From an uncultured Candidatus Saccharibacteria bacterium (GTDB taxonomy: Bacteria > Patescibacteriota > Saccharimonadia > Saccharimonadales > CAIOMD01), in the NCBI GenBank assembly GCA_964477125.1, contig CAYZCZ010000003.1, positions 1-48,791 of the forward strand: a stretch of DNA of 48,791 bases, in the 5' to 3' direction. The notes beneath the pieces were generated by a model. That model made no database searches. It worked only from the letters and a program-made list of their open reading frames with translations, and was not told the origin of the DNA. This document shows, one piece after another, positions 38,915 through 47,108 of this stretch. Both the position numbers and the translations under genes were made by a program. Within the stretch, counting starts at the first letter, position 1, and every line of letters starts with the position of its first letter.

Positions 38915-39970
38915 TTACATTTTCAAATTTGGGTTTATAGCCAGTGAAAACGGATCTGCTGGTATTTGTTTAGCTATTGCCTTATAACAGCCCAAAGTTG
39001 CAATCATCGCTCCATTATCTGTACACAGAGCAGGGGAAGCATAGCTAATATCAATTGGTAGAGATTCCTTAAGCTGGCGTCTAAGTTCACTATTCGATGC
39101 TACTCCACCAGCAATAACAACAGATTGAGGCCTAAATTGATTAAAGGCTTTGACTGTCTTATCCACCACTATAGCAATTGCCGTTTGCTGGAAGCTTGCT
39201 GAAATATCCATCTTCTGGCGCTCAGATAGCATGCTTGGAAGCTTTGTAGACGCTAAACGGTAATCACCGCCTACCGCAGTTTGGGCGACCCTTAGAACGG
39301 CTGTTTTTAGCCCAGAATAACTAAAGTTGTAATCACCGTCCACTTTTGGTTTTGGCAATTGATAACAATTTGGGTCACCAGCTAAAGCCGATTTAGCAAC
39401 GCTTGGACCGCCAGGATAGGGAAGACCTAATATTTTTGCCACCTTATCAAATGCTTCTCCAATCGCATCATCAACTGTCTGCCCTAGCAATTTATATTTA
39501 AAATGATTTTCAAAATAAACCAGTTGGGTGTGTCCACCACTTACAATTAAAGCTAACAACGGAAATTCTGGCCGATGTTCATTTAAAAAATTAGCATACA
39601 CATGACCCTCTACATGATTTATGTCGTATAAAGGTTTCTCCTTAACAATCGCTAAGGTTCTAGCCGTTAGCACACCGACCAATAGACTCCCAGATAGGCC
39701 AGCACCATTTGTAACTGCAATACCATCTATTTTGTTCCAAGCCTCATTTGCGGAAATATTTTTTTCACGTGAAAACTTAGCAATTACTTCTTCTATTTGC
39801 GGAATTATATATTCTATATGGCTACGTGCCGCAAGTTCTGGCACAACACCCCCATACAAAGCATGGATATCCATGCTCGTAGCTAAACTTTCAGCCAACA
39901 ATGTACGGCCATTTTCTACTATAGCTACACCGGTTTCATCGCAACTGCTTTCAATCCCTAGTATAATCAT
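38915..39970 (-). CDS. tsaD: tRNA N6-adenosine threonylcarbamoyltransferase
   Basis: MIILGIESSCDETGVAIV, HVEGHVYAN, GGVASN. Confidence 0.95.
   Translation of the reverse strand: MIILGIESSCDETGVAIVENGRTLLAESLATSMDIHALYGGVVPELAARSHIEYIIPQIEEVIAKFSREKNISANEAWNKIDGIAVTNGAGLSGSLLVGVLTARTLAIVKEKPLYDINHVEGHVYANFLNEHRPEFPLLALIVSGGHTQLVYFENHFKYKLLGQTVDDAIGEAFDKVAKILGLPYPGGPSVAKSALAGDPNCYQLPKPKVDGDYNFSYSGLKTAVLRVAQTAVGGDYRLASTKLPSMLSERQKMDISASFQQTAIAIVVDKTVKAFNQFRPQSVVIAGGVASNSELRRQLKESLPIDISYASPALCTDNGAMIATLGCYKAIAKQIPADPFSLAINPNLKM
39762..39775. promoter_or_regulatory. parS-like 14-bp perfect palindrome inside tsaD
   Basis: TTTTCACGTGAAAA. The 18-mer TTTTCACGTGAAAACTTA is identical to 38900-38917. 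It encodes FSREK in frame. Confidence 0.5.
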
Positions 39971-40016
39971 TAAGTAAATTATACGTTATCAAATAGTAAC
40001 CAGGGAATATTAACCA

Positions 40017-41309
40017 ATGAATGGCAGAAAAGTTGTAAAAAAACTAATACCAAAAAATACATTTAAAAAGGTTGAACCCTATGGCCATTTGGCTGAAACA
40101 GTCATTCATCAAACCAAGCAAGGGTTCCCAGCCAAAGGCTTAAAAATAATCGGAGTAACAGGGACCAACGGCAAGACAACAACCTGCTTTATGATTCATA
40201 AAATGCTTATTAACGCTGGTTTTAAGGTGGGCTTAATGACAACCGTAGCTTATGGGATAGGGGAAGATTTACACCCACAAGTCGCCCATATGACCACTGT
40301 TTCATCTAGTTTACTTTTAAAAAGACTTAACAAAATGAAGCAACAGGGCGCAGAGTGGATTGTGTTGGAAACTACCAGCCACGCACTTGCCCAGAACCGT
40401 ACCTGGGGCATTGATTATTACATGGCTGTAATGACAAACCTGACCCATGAGCATCTCGATTACCATGGCACTTTTGATAACTATCGAAATGCAAAAGTAA
40501 AAATGTTTAAACTGGCCAACAAAAATAAACACGGCAGTCAGCTGGGTATAATAAATGCCGATGATGAAAATGCCAAATATTTTGCAAAACCAATTAAAAA
40601 TACAATAACTTACGGTATTAACAGCGGTGATTTAAAAGCAAAAGACATCAATTTATCACCAGCAGGTGTTTCATATTCTGTAAGCATCAAGAATGATAAG
40701 TACAATATTAAATGCCACATACCTGGCAGTTTCAATGTATATAATTCCTTGGCCGTAGTTGCCGTGGGCAGGGAACTGGGCCTTACGGTGCATCAAATTG
40801 AGCAGGGAATCGCTTCATTAACAGGGGTAGAAGGCAGGATGACCAAGATAGACATCGGCCAAAATTTTGACGTAATTATTGACTTCGCTCATACCCCAGA
40901 TAGTTTTGAAAAACTCTTTAAAGATCTTAAGCCAGTAATAAAGGGAAAGTTAATCGTTTTGTTTGGATCGGCTGGCAGGCGAGACGAAGCAAAAAGAGCC
41001 ATTCAGGGTAGGTTAGCGGGGAAATATGCCGATATTTTAGTACTTACCGAAGAGGATGACAGAGACATTGACGGAAACCTTATATTAGAACAAATTGCTA
41101 GTGGAGCCCAACAAGTCGGCAAAGTAAAAAACGAAAGTCTTTTCCTAATTTTAGACAGAGCTAGTGCAATAGAATTTGCATTAAAACAGGCAAAATCCAA
41201 TGATACAGTTCTATTACTTGGTAAAGGCCATGAAAAAACTATCGAAAGAGCTGATGGCGAACATGACTGGGATGAAATTGGATTAACTAAACAACTGCTT
41301 GCAAAATAG
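40017..41309 (+). CDS. murE: Mur ligase, MurE-like (short N-terminus)
   Basis: GVTGTNGKTTT P-loop, EHLDYHGTFDNYRNAK, EGRM, and a C-terminal GKGHE. Confidence 0.75.
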   Translation: MNGRKVVKKLIPKNTFKKVEPYGHLAETVIHQTKQGFPAKGLKIIGVTGTNGKTTTCFMIHKMLINAGFKVGLMTTVAYGIGEDLHPQVAHMTTVSSSLLLKRLNKMKQQGAEWIVLETTSHALAQNRTWGIDYYMAVMTNLTHEHLDYHGTFDNYRNAKVKMFKLANKNKHGSQLGIINADDENAKYFAKPIKNTITYGINSGDLKAKDINLSPAGVSYSVSIKNDKYNIKCHIPGSFNVYNSLAVVAVGRELGLTVHQIEQGIASLTGVEGRMTKIDIGQNFDVIIDFAHTPDSFEKLFKDLKPVIKGKLIVLFGSAGRRDEAKRAIQGRLAGKYADILVLTEEDDRDIDGNLILEQIASGAQQVGKVKNESLFLILDRASAIEFALKQAKSNDTVLLLGKGHEKTIERADGEHDWDEIGLTKQLLAK

Positions 41310-41421
41310 TAATATTGGTATACATATATTACCAAATTACTGATACAATAAGCATAAGCGAAAGTAAGTTGAACTTACGCTAGTTATATTTAATCTAGAC
41401 TAAATTAATTCGAATAAAAAC

Positions 41422-42696
41422 ATGGCAGTATACAAAGTAATTCAAGACATCGAAGCCGAAGATAAGCTATTGGGCCCACTAACTCTCAAGCAGTTTATTT
41501 TTGCAGTCATTGCTGTTGGTTTTGGATTTGTTGCATTTATGGTAGCTAACAAAACTGGAGCTATTTATTTAGCCATACCATTTTTGCCATTTATTATTGG
41601 TTTTGGAGTTTTAGCGGCACCCCTAAGCAAAGACCAGCCAAGCGACTTATGGCTTGCTGCCAGAATAAGGTTTTTTATTAAACCCCGAAAAAGAATCTGG
41701 GACCAAAGTGGTATAAAAGAACTAGTGACTATTACTGTGCCAAAAAAAGAAATAAAACAGTTAACTGATAACCTAAGCCAGGGTGAGGTAAAAAGCCGCC
41801 TTAATGCATTAGCTGACACACTAGATAGCAGAGGTTGGGCTGTAAAAAATGTTGCCCTAAACATGTATTCTAACCCCAGTTATGCCTACGCCTACGATGC
41901 TGGCCAAGAAAGATTGCTTGACCCATCTAGCTTGCCTAGGGCTGTAGATGAAATAAATATTACCAATACAGACGATATTTTAGACACTAACTATAACCCT
42001 ACGGCTCAACACTTCGAAGAAATGATAGAGGTGTCTACCGCAAATCATAAAGCTGAAGCAGTCGCTAATATGAAGGCAACAATCTCAAGCCAAGCAGATG
42101 CCCAAATACCTTCGGTTGCTAGTAAAACCATACAACAAGACACTACCCAGACTGTAGCAACCTATATTGCACAAACTCCTAATGGAGATAACTTTGAAGT
42201 CCCTATCCCAGATAATGCAAATATCCCCAACCAACCAGCCGACAATGATTATTGGTTTATGAACCAGCCGTCCAATGCAAGCCAAACAGTTGAACCTGAC
42301 AGTGTAATGTTTAACGATCAAACAATTAAACCAGCAAGTCCAGTCCAAACAGCTAATAACACTGACGATGGCCAAACAGATGTTCAGAAAATTGATCAAG
42401 AAAAAGAACTATTAGAGCATATTAAAGCCGATAAAAGCATTACGGCAAAAGCTAACCCTCACCATAAGGTTGTTAAAACACCCGAACAACTGGCTATTGA
42501 AGAAAAAGCCCGCCAAGAAGTCGAAAAGGCTGAAAAAGCAATTGAAGATGAAAAAGCACAAGCGGTGACAGCTAAACAAAACCCTGTTAATATAGAACTT
42601 GCAAGATCTGATGATCTGAGCGTTGAAACAATTTCCAAACTTGCCAACAGGAAACCAAAAAAGGCAAATGGAGAGGTTGTTGTTAACCTTCGTTAG
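41422..42696 (+). CDS. PrgI-family (VirB3-like) T4SS membrane protein with a roughly 300-aa disordered/coiled-coil extension
   Basis: The N-terminus YKVIQDIEAEDKLLGPLTLKQFIFAVIAVGFGFVAFMV plus a second TM is the PrgI signature. The remainder is Q/N/T/A-rich with an EKA-rich coiled coil. Confidence 0.65.
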   Translation: MAVYKVIQDIEAEDKLLGPLTLKQFIFAVIAVGFGFVAFMVANKTGAIYLAIPFLPFIIGFGVLAAPLSKDQPSDLWLAARIRFFIKPRKRIWDQSGIKELVTITVPKKEIKQLTDNLSQGEVKSRLNALADTLDSRGWAVKNVALNMYSNPSYAYAYDAGQERLLDPSSLPRAVDEINITNTDDILDTNYNPTAQHFEEMIEVSTANHKAEAVANMKATISSQADAQIPSVASKTIQQDTTQTVATYIAQTPNGDNFEVPIPDNANIPNQPADNDYWFMNQPSNASQTVEPDSVMFNDQTIKPASPVQTANNTDDGQTDVQKIDQEKELLEHIKADKSITAKANPHHKVVKTPEQLAIEEKARQEVEKAEKAIEDEKAQAVTAKQNPVNIELARSDDLSVETISKLANRKPKKANGEVVVNLR

Positions 42697-42716
42697 GGTG
42701 GCGAAAATATATAATT

Positions 42717-43601
42717 ATGGATCCAAATACACAAGGCTATCAACCAAATACTGGCCAGCAACCTGGCGCTGTTCCTTATGGTCAATATACTATGGGTAAC
42801 CAGCCATATGCTGGGCAACCAGGGGTATCTCCACAAATTCAACCCGGTAGTGTCCCACAACCGACTGTAACACCCGTTAAAAGTAATCCTAACAGCACCC
42901 AAAACACTTTAATGATAAGTGAAATACGTGACGGTATAGTTATCATGAACGATGGTTCTTTCCGAAGTGTAGTTATGTTAAAAAGTATTAACTTCGACCT
43001 TATGAGCCCAGGTGAACGCGAAGGTGTAGAGTATGGTTATCAAGGATTTTTAAATTCACTATATTTCCCAGTACAAATATTTGTCCGTTCACAAAAAGTT
43101 GATCTTGGCCCATATATTCAAAAGCTAGACAAAATACGTTCAGAGCACGATAACATGCTTTTAGCACTACTTATGGAAGATTATATTGCTTATATGGCAG
43201 GCCTTGCAGAACAAACCAATGTCATGGATAAAAAGTTTTATATGGTTATACCTTACTTCCCGGTAGCCGATGCTCAAAAAGTAGTTCAAGCAAGCAAGGG
43301 TTTCATGGAAGGAATTTTTGGTAAAAAAGAGCAGAAAGTTATTATTAACGAAGCCGACTTAGAAACTGCCAAAACTGAGTTGCGCGATCGCACCCAGTCG
43401 GTATTAGCCGCCTTAATGCAATGTGGCGTGCAAGGCTTGCCACTCGACACCAATGAACTAATTGAACTTTACTACGACGCCTATAACCCTGACACAGCCA
43501 CACGCCAACAACTCAAAAACTTTGACGATTTAAATGCGCCAGTAGTCTCTAGGGGTCAAGGTAATGCTTATCAGCCAAATTTAGAAAGGGAAATGAACTA
43601 G
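42717..43601 (+). CDS. T4SS-associated hypothetical protein (PQ-rich N-terminus)
   Basis: Located between prgI-like and virB4, with its stop 1 nt before the virB4 ATG. The segment MISEIRDGIVIMNDGSFRSVVMLKSINFDLMS resembles the start of VirB4/TraC N-domains. Confidence 0.45.
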   Translation: MDPNTQGYQPNTGQQPGAVPYGQYTMGNQPYAGQPGVSPQIQPGSVPQPTVTPVKSNPNSTQNTLMISEIRDGIVIMNDGSFRSVVMLKSINFDLMSPGEREGVEYGYQGFLNSLYFPVQIFVRSQKVDLGPYIQKLDKIRSEHDNMLLALLMEDYIAYMAGLAEQTNVMDKKFYMVIPYFPVADAQKVVQASKGFMEGIFGKKEQKVIINEADLETAKTELRDRTQSVLAALMQCGVQGLPLDTNELIELYYDAYNPDTATRQQLKNFDDLNAPVVSRGQGNAYQPNLEREMN

Positions 43602-43602
43602 T

Positions 43603-45507
43603 ATGGGACTTTTTGGCGGATCAAAACAACAGCCTATTGACCCGGTTGCACTTGCTGAACAGCAACGCATGCGTGAGCAACAAGAAGTTCAGGCTGCCTT
43701 TCAAAAAGGTGTTACAGCGCTTAGGGACTTTATTGCCCCTAGTAGCATTGAATACCAGAGTAATTATTTTCAAATAGGTACCCGCTATGCTCGAACTTAT
43801 TATGTGTACGGCTACCCTAGGCAAATATATACCGGCTGGTTAAGTGGCATGATTAACATAGACGAAGTAATGGACATGAGTATTTATGTTTACCCCGTAG
43901 AAAGCCAAGTTGTGCTAGAAAATTTGCGCAAAAAAGTAGGTCAACTAGAGGCAGGTCTACAAATAGATGCTGAAAAGGGCAGGGTACGTGACCCAGCTAA
44001 ACAGGCTGCAATTATCGATGCCGAGGAGCTAAGGGATAAATTGCAAGTAGGTGAAGAGCGATTCTTCCGTTTTGGTTTGTACTTCACCCTATATGCCAAT
44101 AGCCTTGATGAACTAGAATTCGTAAGCCACAAAGTAGAGTCTATGCTTGGCCAACAGCTTGTTTATTCTAAACCAGCTAGCGCTCAGCAAGAACAAGGCC
44201 TAAACAGCACTATTCCACAGTTCGTAGACCAGCTGCAAATTCGCCGTAATATGAACACGGGTGCTATTAGTACTAGTTTTCCGTTCACAAGTGCCGATCT
44301 AACAGATGATCATGGCATTTTGTATGGTATTAATATGCACAATAGTGGCCTAGTTATTTTTGACCGTTTTAGCTTAGAAAACGGTAATAGTGTTATTTTT
44401 GCTAAGTCTGGTGCCGGTAAAAGTTTCACCGTTAAGCTAGAAGCACTTAGAAGCATGATGATGGGAACAGAAATTTTTATCATCGATCCAGAAAATGAAT
44501 ACCAGCGTATGGCCGAAGCAGTCGGTGGAGCATATGTAAAACTAAGCCTTAATTCGCCAACCCGCATTAATCCATTTGAACTGCCCCAGGTTGTCGATAC
44601 CGAAGAAGCCGACAATGCACTTCGAAGCAACCTAATCACTCTTCATGGTTTATTAAGACTAATGATGGGCGGTGCTCAAGCTCAAATGCAAAGCAATGGT
44701 GGCATGGTAGCACCAGCCCTTAACCCTGTAGAAGAAGCCGATTTAGACGCAGCCCTAATTGAAACTTATGCCAAAGCCGGTATTACCAATGACCCACTTA
44801 CTCATGGTTCAGTTCCGCCAACTATTAACGACCTATACGACACACTGTTGCATATGGGTGGCACAGGCCCACAGCTTGCTCAGAGGCTCCGTAAATATAC
44901 ATCGGGTACATTTGCGGGTGTATTTAGCCAACAAAGCAATATAGACATTAATAACCCAATGGTGGTATTTAACGTTCGCGACCTGGAAGATGAACTACGT
45001 CCAGTAGCCATGTATATCGTGTTGAACTTTATATGGAATAAAACCAAATCAGACCAGAAAAAACGTATATTAGTTATCGATGAAGCTTGGCAGTTAATGA
45101 AATATGAAGATAGTGCCAGCTTTATGTTTAGTTTAGCTAAAAGAGCACGTAAATATAACTTAGGTATTACAACAATCAGCCAAGATGTTGAAGACTTTAT
45201 GGGTTCAAGAATGGGTAGGGCAATTGTTGCCAACTCTTCCATGCAGGTATTGCTAAAACAATCACCCTCAGCTGTTGATGTTTTAGCTGATGTCTTTAAG
45301 CTAACCAGTGAAGAGAAAAAACGTCTTAGCCAATTCCCGGTTGGGCAGGGACTATTTTTTGCGGGCCAAAGTCATGTCCACATACAAATTGCACCAAGCC
45401 CAACTGAAACTAGCTTAATTACTACAAACCCGGATCAGCTGAAAGCCCTAGAGCAAGCCGGGCAAATCCCCCTAACACCCAACACTTCAGGTGAAATAAC
45501 CTACTAG
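43603..45507 (+). CDS. virB4: VirB4/TraE-family type IV secretion ATPase (Gram-positive type)
   Basis: Walker A AKSGAGKSFTVK, Walker B RILVIDEAWQLM, ITTISQDVEDF. N-domain YFQIGTRYARTYYVYGYPRQIYTGWLSGM. Confidence 0.85.
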   Translation: MGLFGGSKQQPIDPVALAEQQRMREQQEVQAAFQKGVTALRDFIAPSSIEYQSNYFQIGTRYARTYYVYGYPRQIYTGWLSGMINIDEVMDMSIYVYPVESQVVLENLRKKVGQLEAGLQIDAEKGRVRDPAKQAAIIDAEELRDKLQVGEERFFRFGLYFTLYANSLDELEFVSHKVESMLGQQLVYSKPASAQQEQGLNSTIPQFVDQLQIRRNMNTGAISTSFPFTSADLTDDHGILYGINMHNSGLVIFDRFSLENGNSVIFAKSGAGKSFTVKLEALRSMMMGTEIFIIDPENEYQRMAEAVGGAYVKLSLNSPTRINPFELPQVVDTEEADNALRSNLITLHGLLRLMMGGAQAQMQSNGGMVAPALNPVEEADLDAALIETYAKAGITNDPLTHGSVPPTINDLYDTLLHMGGTGPQLAQRLRKYTSGTFAGVFSQQSNIDINNPMVVFNVRDLEDELRPVAMYIVLNFIWNKTKSDQKKRILVIDEAWQLMKYEDSASFMFSLAKRARKYNLGITTISQDVEDFMGSRMGRAIVANSSMQVLLKQSPSAVDVLADVFKLTSEEKKRLSQFPVGQGLFFAGQSHVHIQIAPSPTETSLITTNPDQLKALEQAGQIPLTPNTSGEITY

Positions 45508-45589
45508 CAGAATCTAAGTTCTAGATTTTGGAATATAGATAATTTAATAATGTAGTTATTTTATTTTCTATCATCTAAAATCAAATTTC

Positions 45590-46447
45590 TTAGTTAGAAA
45601 GGGTTAGGGTGGTGCAACGTATATAACCTCCACCCTTAGACAATTCTGTCATATCTGGAGTTAGCACTTTTAAGCCTTTTGCCTCGATATTGGCGGTTAA
45701 TTCAGGGGCTGTAGCACTCATAATCACCATTTCGCCAGTAGATAATAAATTACAGGCAAAGCTTTCAGTTGCTTCTTGTAGGCTAACCTCTATTTTATCC
45801 ATTGGCAGTGACGATATAATATCTTGGCTCGCTTCGTCAAAGGCTTGTGGGCACCAAGCTATAAGATCTGTACTAAGTATAGAAATTGCTAAATCAATAT
45901 CGTAAAAGAAACTATCTGCCCATCCAGTAATCTTATTAATAATTGGCATACCATTTTCATCTAATGCTGGTACCGTTTGGAGGCTAATTACCTTATAACC
46001 CAGTTTATCGGCAACAAAAGTATGCATTTGTGCATCGCTTCTATAACCATTGCCGGCAAAAACATAATCTCCACACGGTAAAGCATCACCCTGGCCACTG
46101 AACCTTAGGCCTTTAGGCGGATCAATTATTTCAAAACCCAGTCCTATTAATGCTTTCTTGGCATACGGGATTTCTGCTGTACGCATATTGGGCAGGTTGG
46201 CTATTATGGCTTTATTGTCACGGCATAATGCCCAGTTGGCCGTATAAACGCCGTCCTGGCAACCCTCTGGTGCATGTACGCTAACAATTTCAATGCCTGC
46301 CTGACTGAATAATTTTTGTAAACTAAAATACTCCTCTTTTGTATTTTCTAAGTTAGGCTGAATGTTGGCATTGCTATATGGGTTTAACTCTTCGACACTA
46401 AAATAGTCAACGCCACTCATTAAAACTTTGGTATTAATTTTAATCAT
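45590..46447 (-). CDS. Guanidino-group-modifying enzyme superfamily protein (amidinotransferase/DDAH-like)
   Basis: The C-terminal SKGGGYIRCTTL carries the catalytic Cys in a GGGxxRC context. At 285 aa it is too short for ArcA. Confidence 0.65.
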   Translation of the reverse strand: MIKINTKVLMSGVDYFSVEELNPYSNANIQPNLENTKEEYFSLQKLFSQAGIEIVSVHAPEGCQDGVYTANWALCRDNKAIIANLPNMRTAEIPYAKKALIGLGFEIIDPPKGLRFSGQGDALPCGDYVFAGNGYRSDAQMHTFVADKLGYKVISLQTVPALDENGMPIINKITGWADSFFYDIDLAISILSTDLIAWCPQAFDEASQDIISSLPMDKIEVSLQEATESFACNLLSTGEMVIMSATAPELTANIEAKGLKVLTPDMTELSKGGGYIRCTTLTLSN

Positions 46448-46581
46448 CTTAATAATTATAGTCTTGCTAGGGTCTATGGTCTAGCTTCTAAGGTCTACAT
46501 AAATAGAAAAAGCCCAGAAAAGGGCCGGGCGGTTCGTGTAAAAAATATTTACGAACACTTCCTCTTGCGCCTTTTCGGGCT

Positions 46582-46650
46582 AAAAAAGTGGGCGGGTGGG
46601 CCCTGGGGTTTACACTTCGGGGGAAAGTATAAACCTGCCAGGGCCCACCC
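46582..46650 (-). terminator. Long GC-rich hairpin with a downstream T-tract
   Basis: Arms GGGTGGGCCCTGG (46594-46606) and CCAGGGCCCACCC (46638-46650) form 13 perfect bp. An inner 9-bp stem (GGTTTACAC/GTATAAACC) has one wobble on the reverse strand. The reverse-strand TTTTTT run starts 6 nt after the stem. Confidence 0.5.
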
Positions 46651-46686
46651 AGACTGTGGTGGGGAAGGGTTTGGCGGTTTGCTAGT

Positions 46687-46929
46687 CTAGACCAGCAAAC
46701 CCTTGCGGAGGCAAACCCCACAAGCCTCGGCGATCTGATCGATCTGGGCTCGAGAGCCCCGAACCATGATGATCATGTACTTGGACCGATCGTTCCAGAT
46801 GACCTGCTTGACGCCTCTGGTCCGTACCAGGTAGGAATCCAACTCATCTCTTGCGGACCCGATGGGGATCATTGGAAGATCCTCATAGTCGATCTTGATG
46901 GTGTCCTCGATTTTGCGTGCAGAACCCAT
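46687..46929 (-). CDS. Phd/YefM-like antitoxin-fold small protein (orphan)
   Basis: MIPIGSARDELDSYLVRTRGVKQVIWNDRSKYMIIMV fits the beta-alpha-beta-beta pattern of Phd/YefM N-domains. The true start may be the internal Met at residue 20. GC-elevated codons. Confidence 0.45.
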   Translation of the reverse strand: MGSARKIEDTIKIDYEDLPMIPIGSARDELDSYLVRTRGVKQVIWNDRSKYMIIMVRGSRAQIDQIAEACGVCLRKGLLV

Positions 46930-46944
46930 GACGGGCTCCTTTCC

Positions 46945-46961
46945 CTAGCACTAAGTGCTAG
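46945..46961. promoter_or_regulatory. Candidate operator palindrome upstream of the Phd-like gene
   Basis: CTAGCACT-A-AGTGCTAG (8+8 perfect inverted repeat) lies 16-32 nt upstream of the ATG at 46929. Confidence 0.4.
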
Positions 46962-47070
46962 TTCCACATTGAAAACAGGGTTGTTTACAATGCCACAAAA
47001 TATACACTATTTCAAACAATATGTCAATATTTTTGTCAAGTATTCTAGAGACAAATTTAAAAATACTTTA

Positions 47071-47099
47071 TTGACTTTTAGTAAATAATAAAGTATAAA
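47071..47099 (+). promoter_or_regulatory. Sigma-70-type promoter, probably giving a leaderless or very short-leader mRNA
   Basis: TTGACT-N17-TATAAA. The ATG at 47109 is 9 nt after the -10 box, with no Shine-Dalgarno sequence. Confidence 0.5.
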
Positions 47100-47108
47100 T
47101 ATTATACA

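Noticed and set aside
37044-39775. Reading the TTTTCACGTGAAAA palindromes as CcpA cre or CRP/Rex-type operators
   Set aside because: The half-sites are everted relative to cre (TGAAA..TTTCA) and lack the spacer of CRP or Rex boxes. The central 12 nt match parS exactly instead.
42717-45507. A single virB4 gene split by a frameshift
   Set aside because: The 634-aa ORF already contains a full N-domain plus the ATPase. The upstream ORF ends with a clean stop 1 nt before a good ATG.
46488-46721. 77-aa ORF as the missing toxin partner of the Phd-like gene
   Set aside because: Its P/R/G-rich composition is typical of a random frame in GC-rich DNA. It overlaps the upstream gene by 35 nt and runs straight through the long hairpin and T-tract. 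It has no RelE, ParE, Doc or YoeB-like motif.
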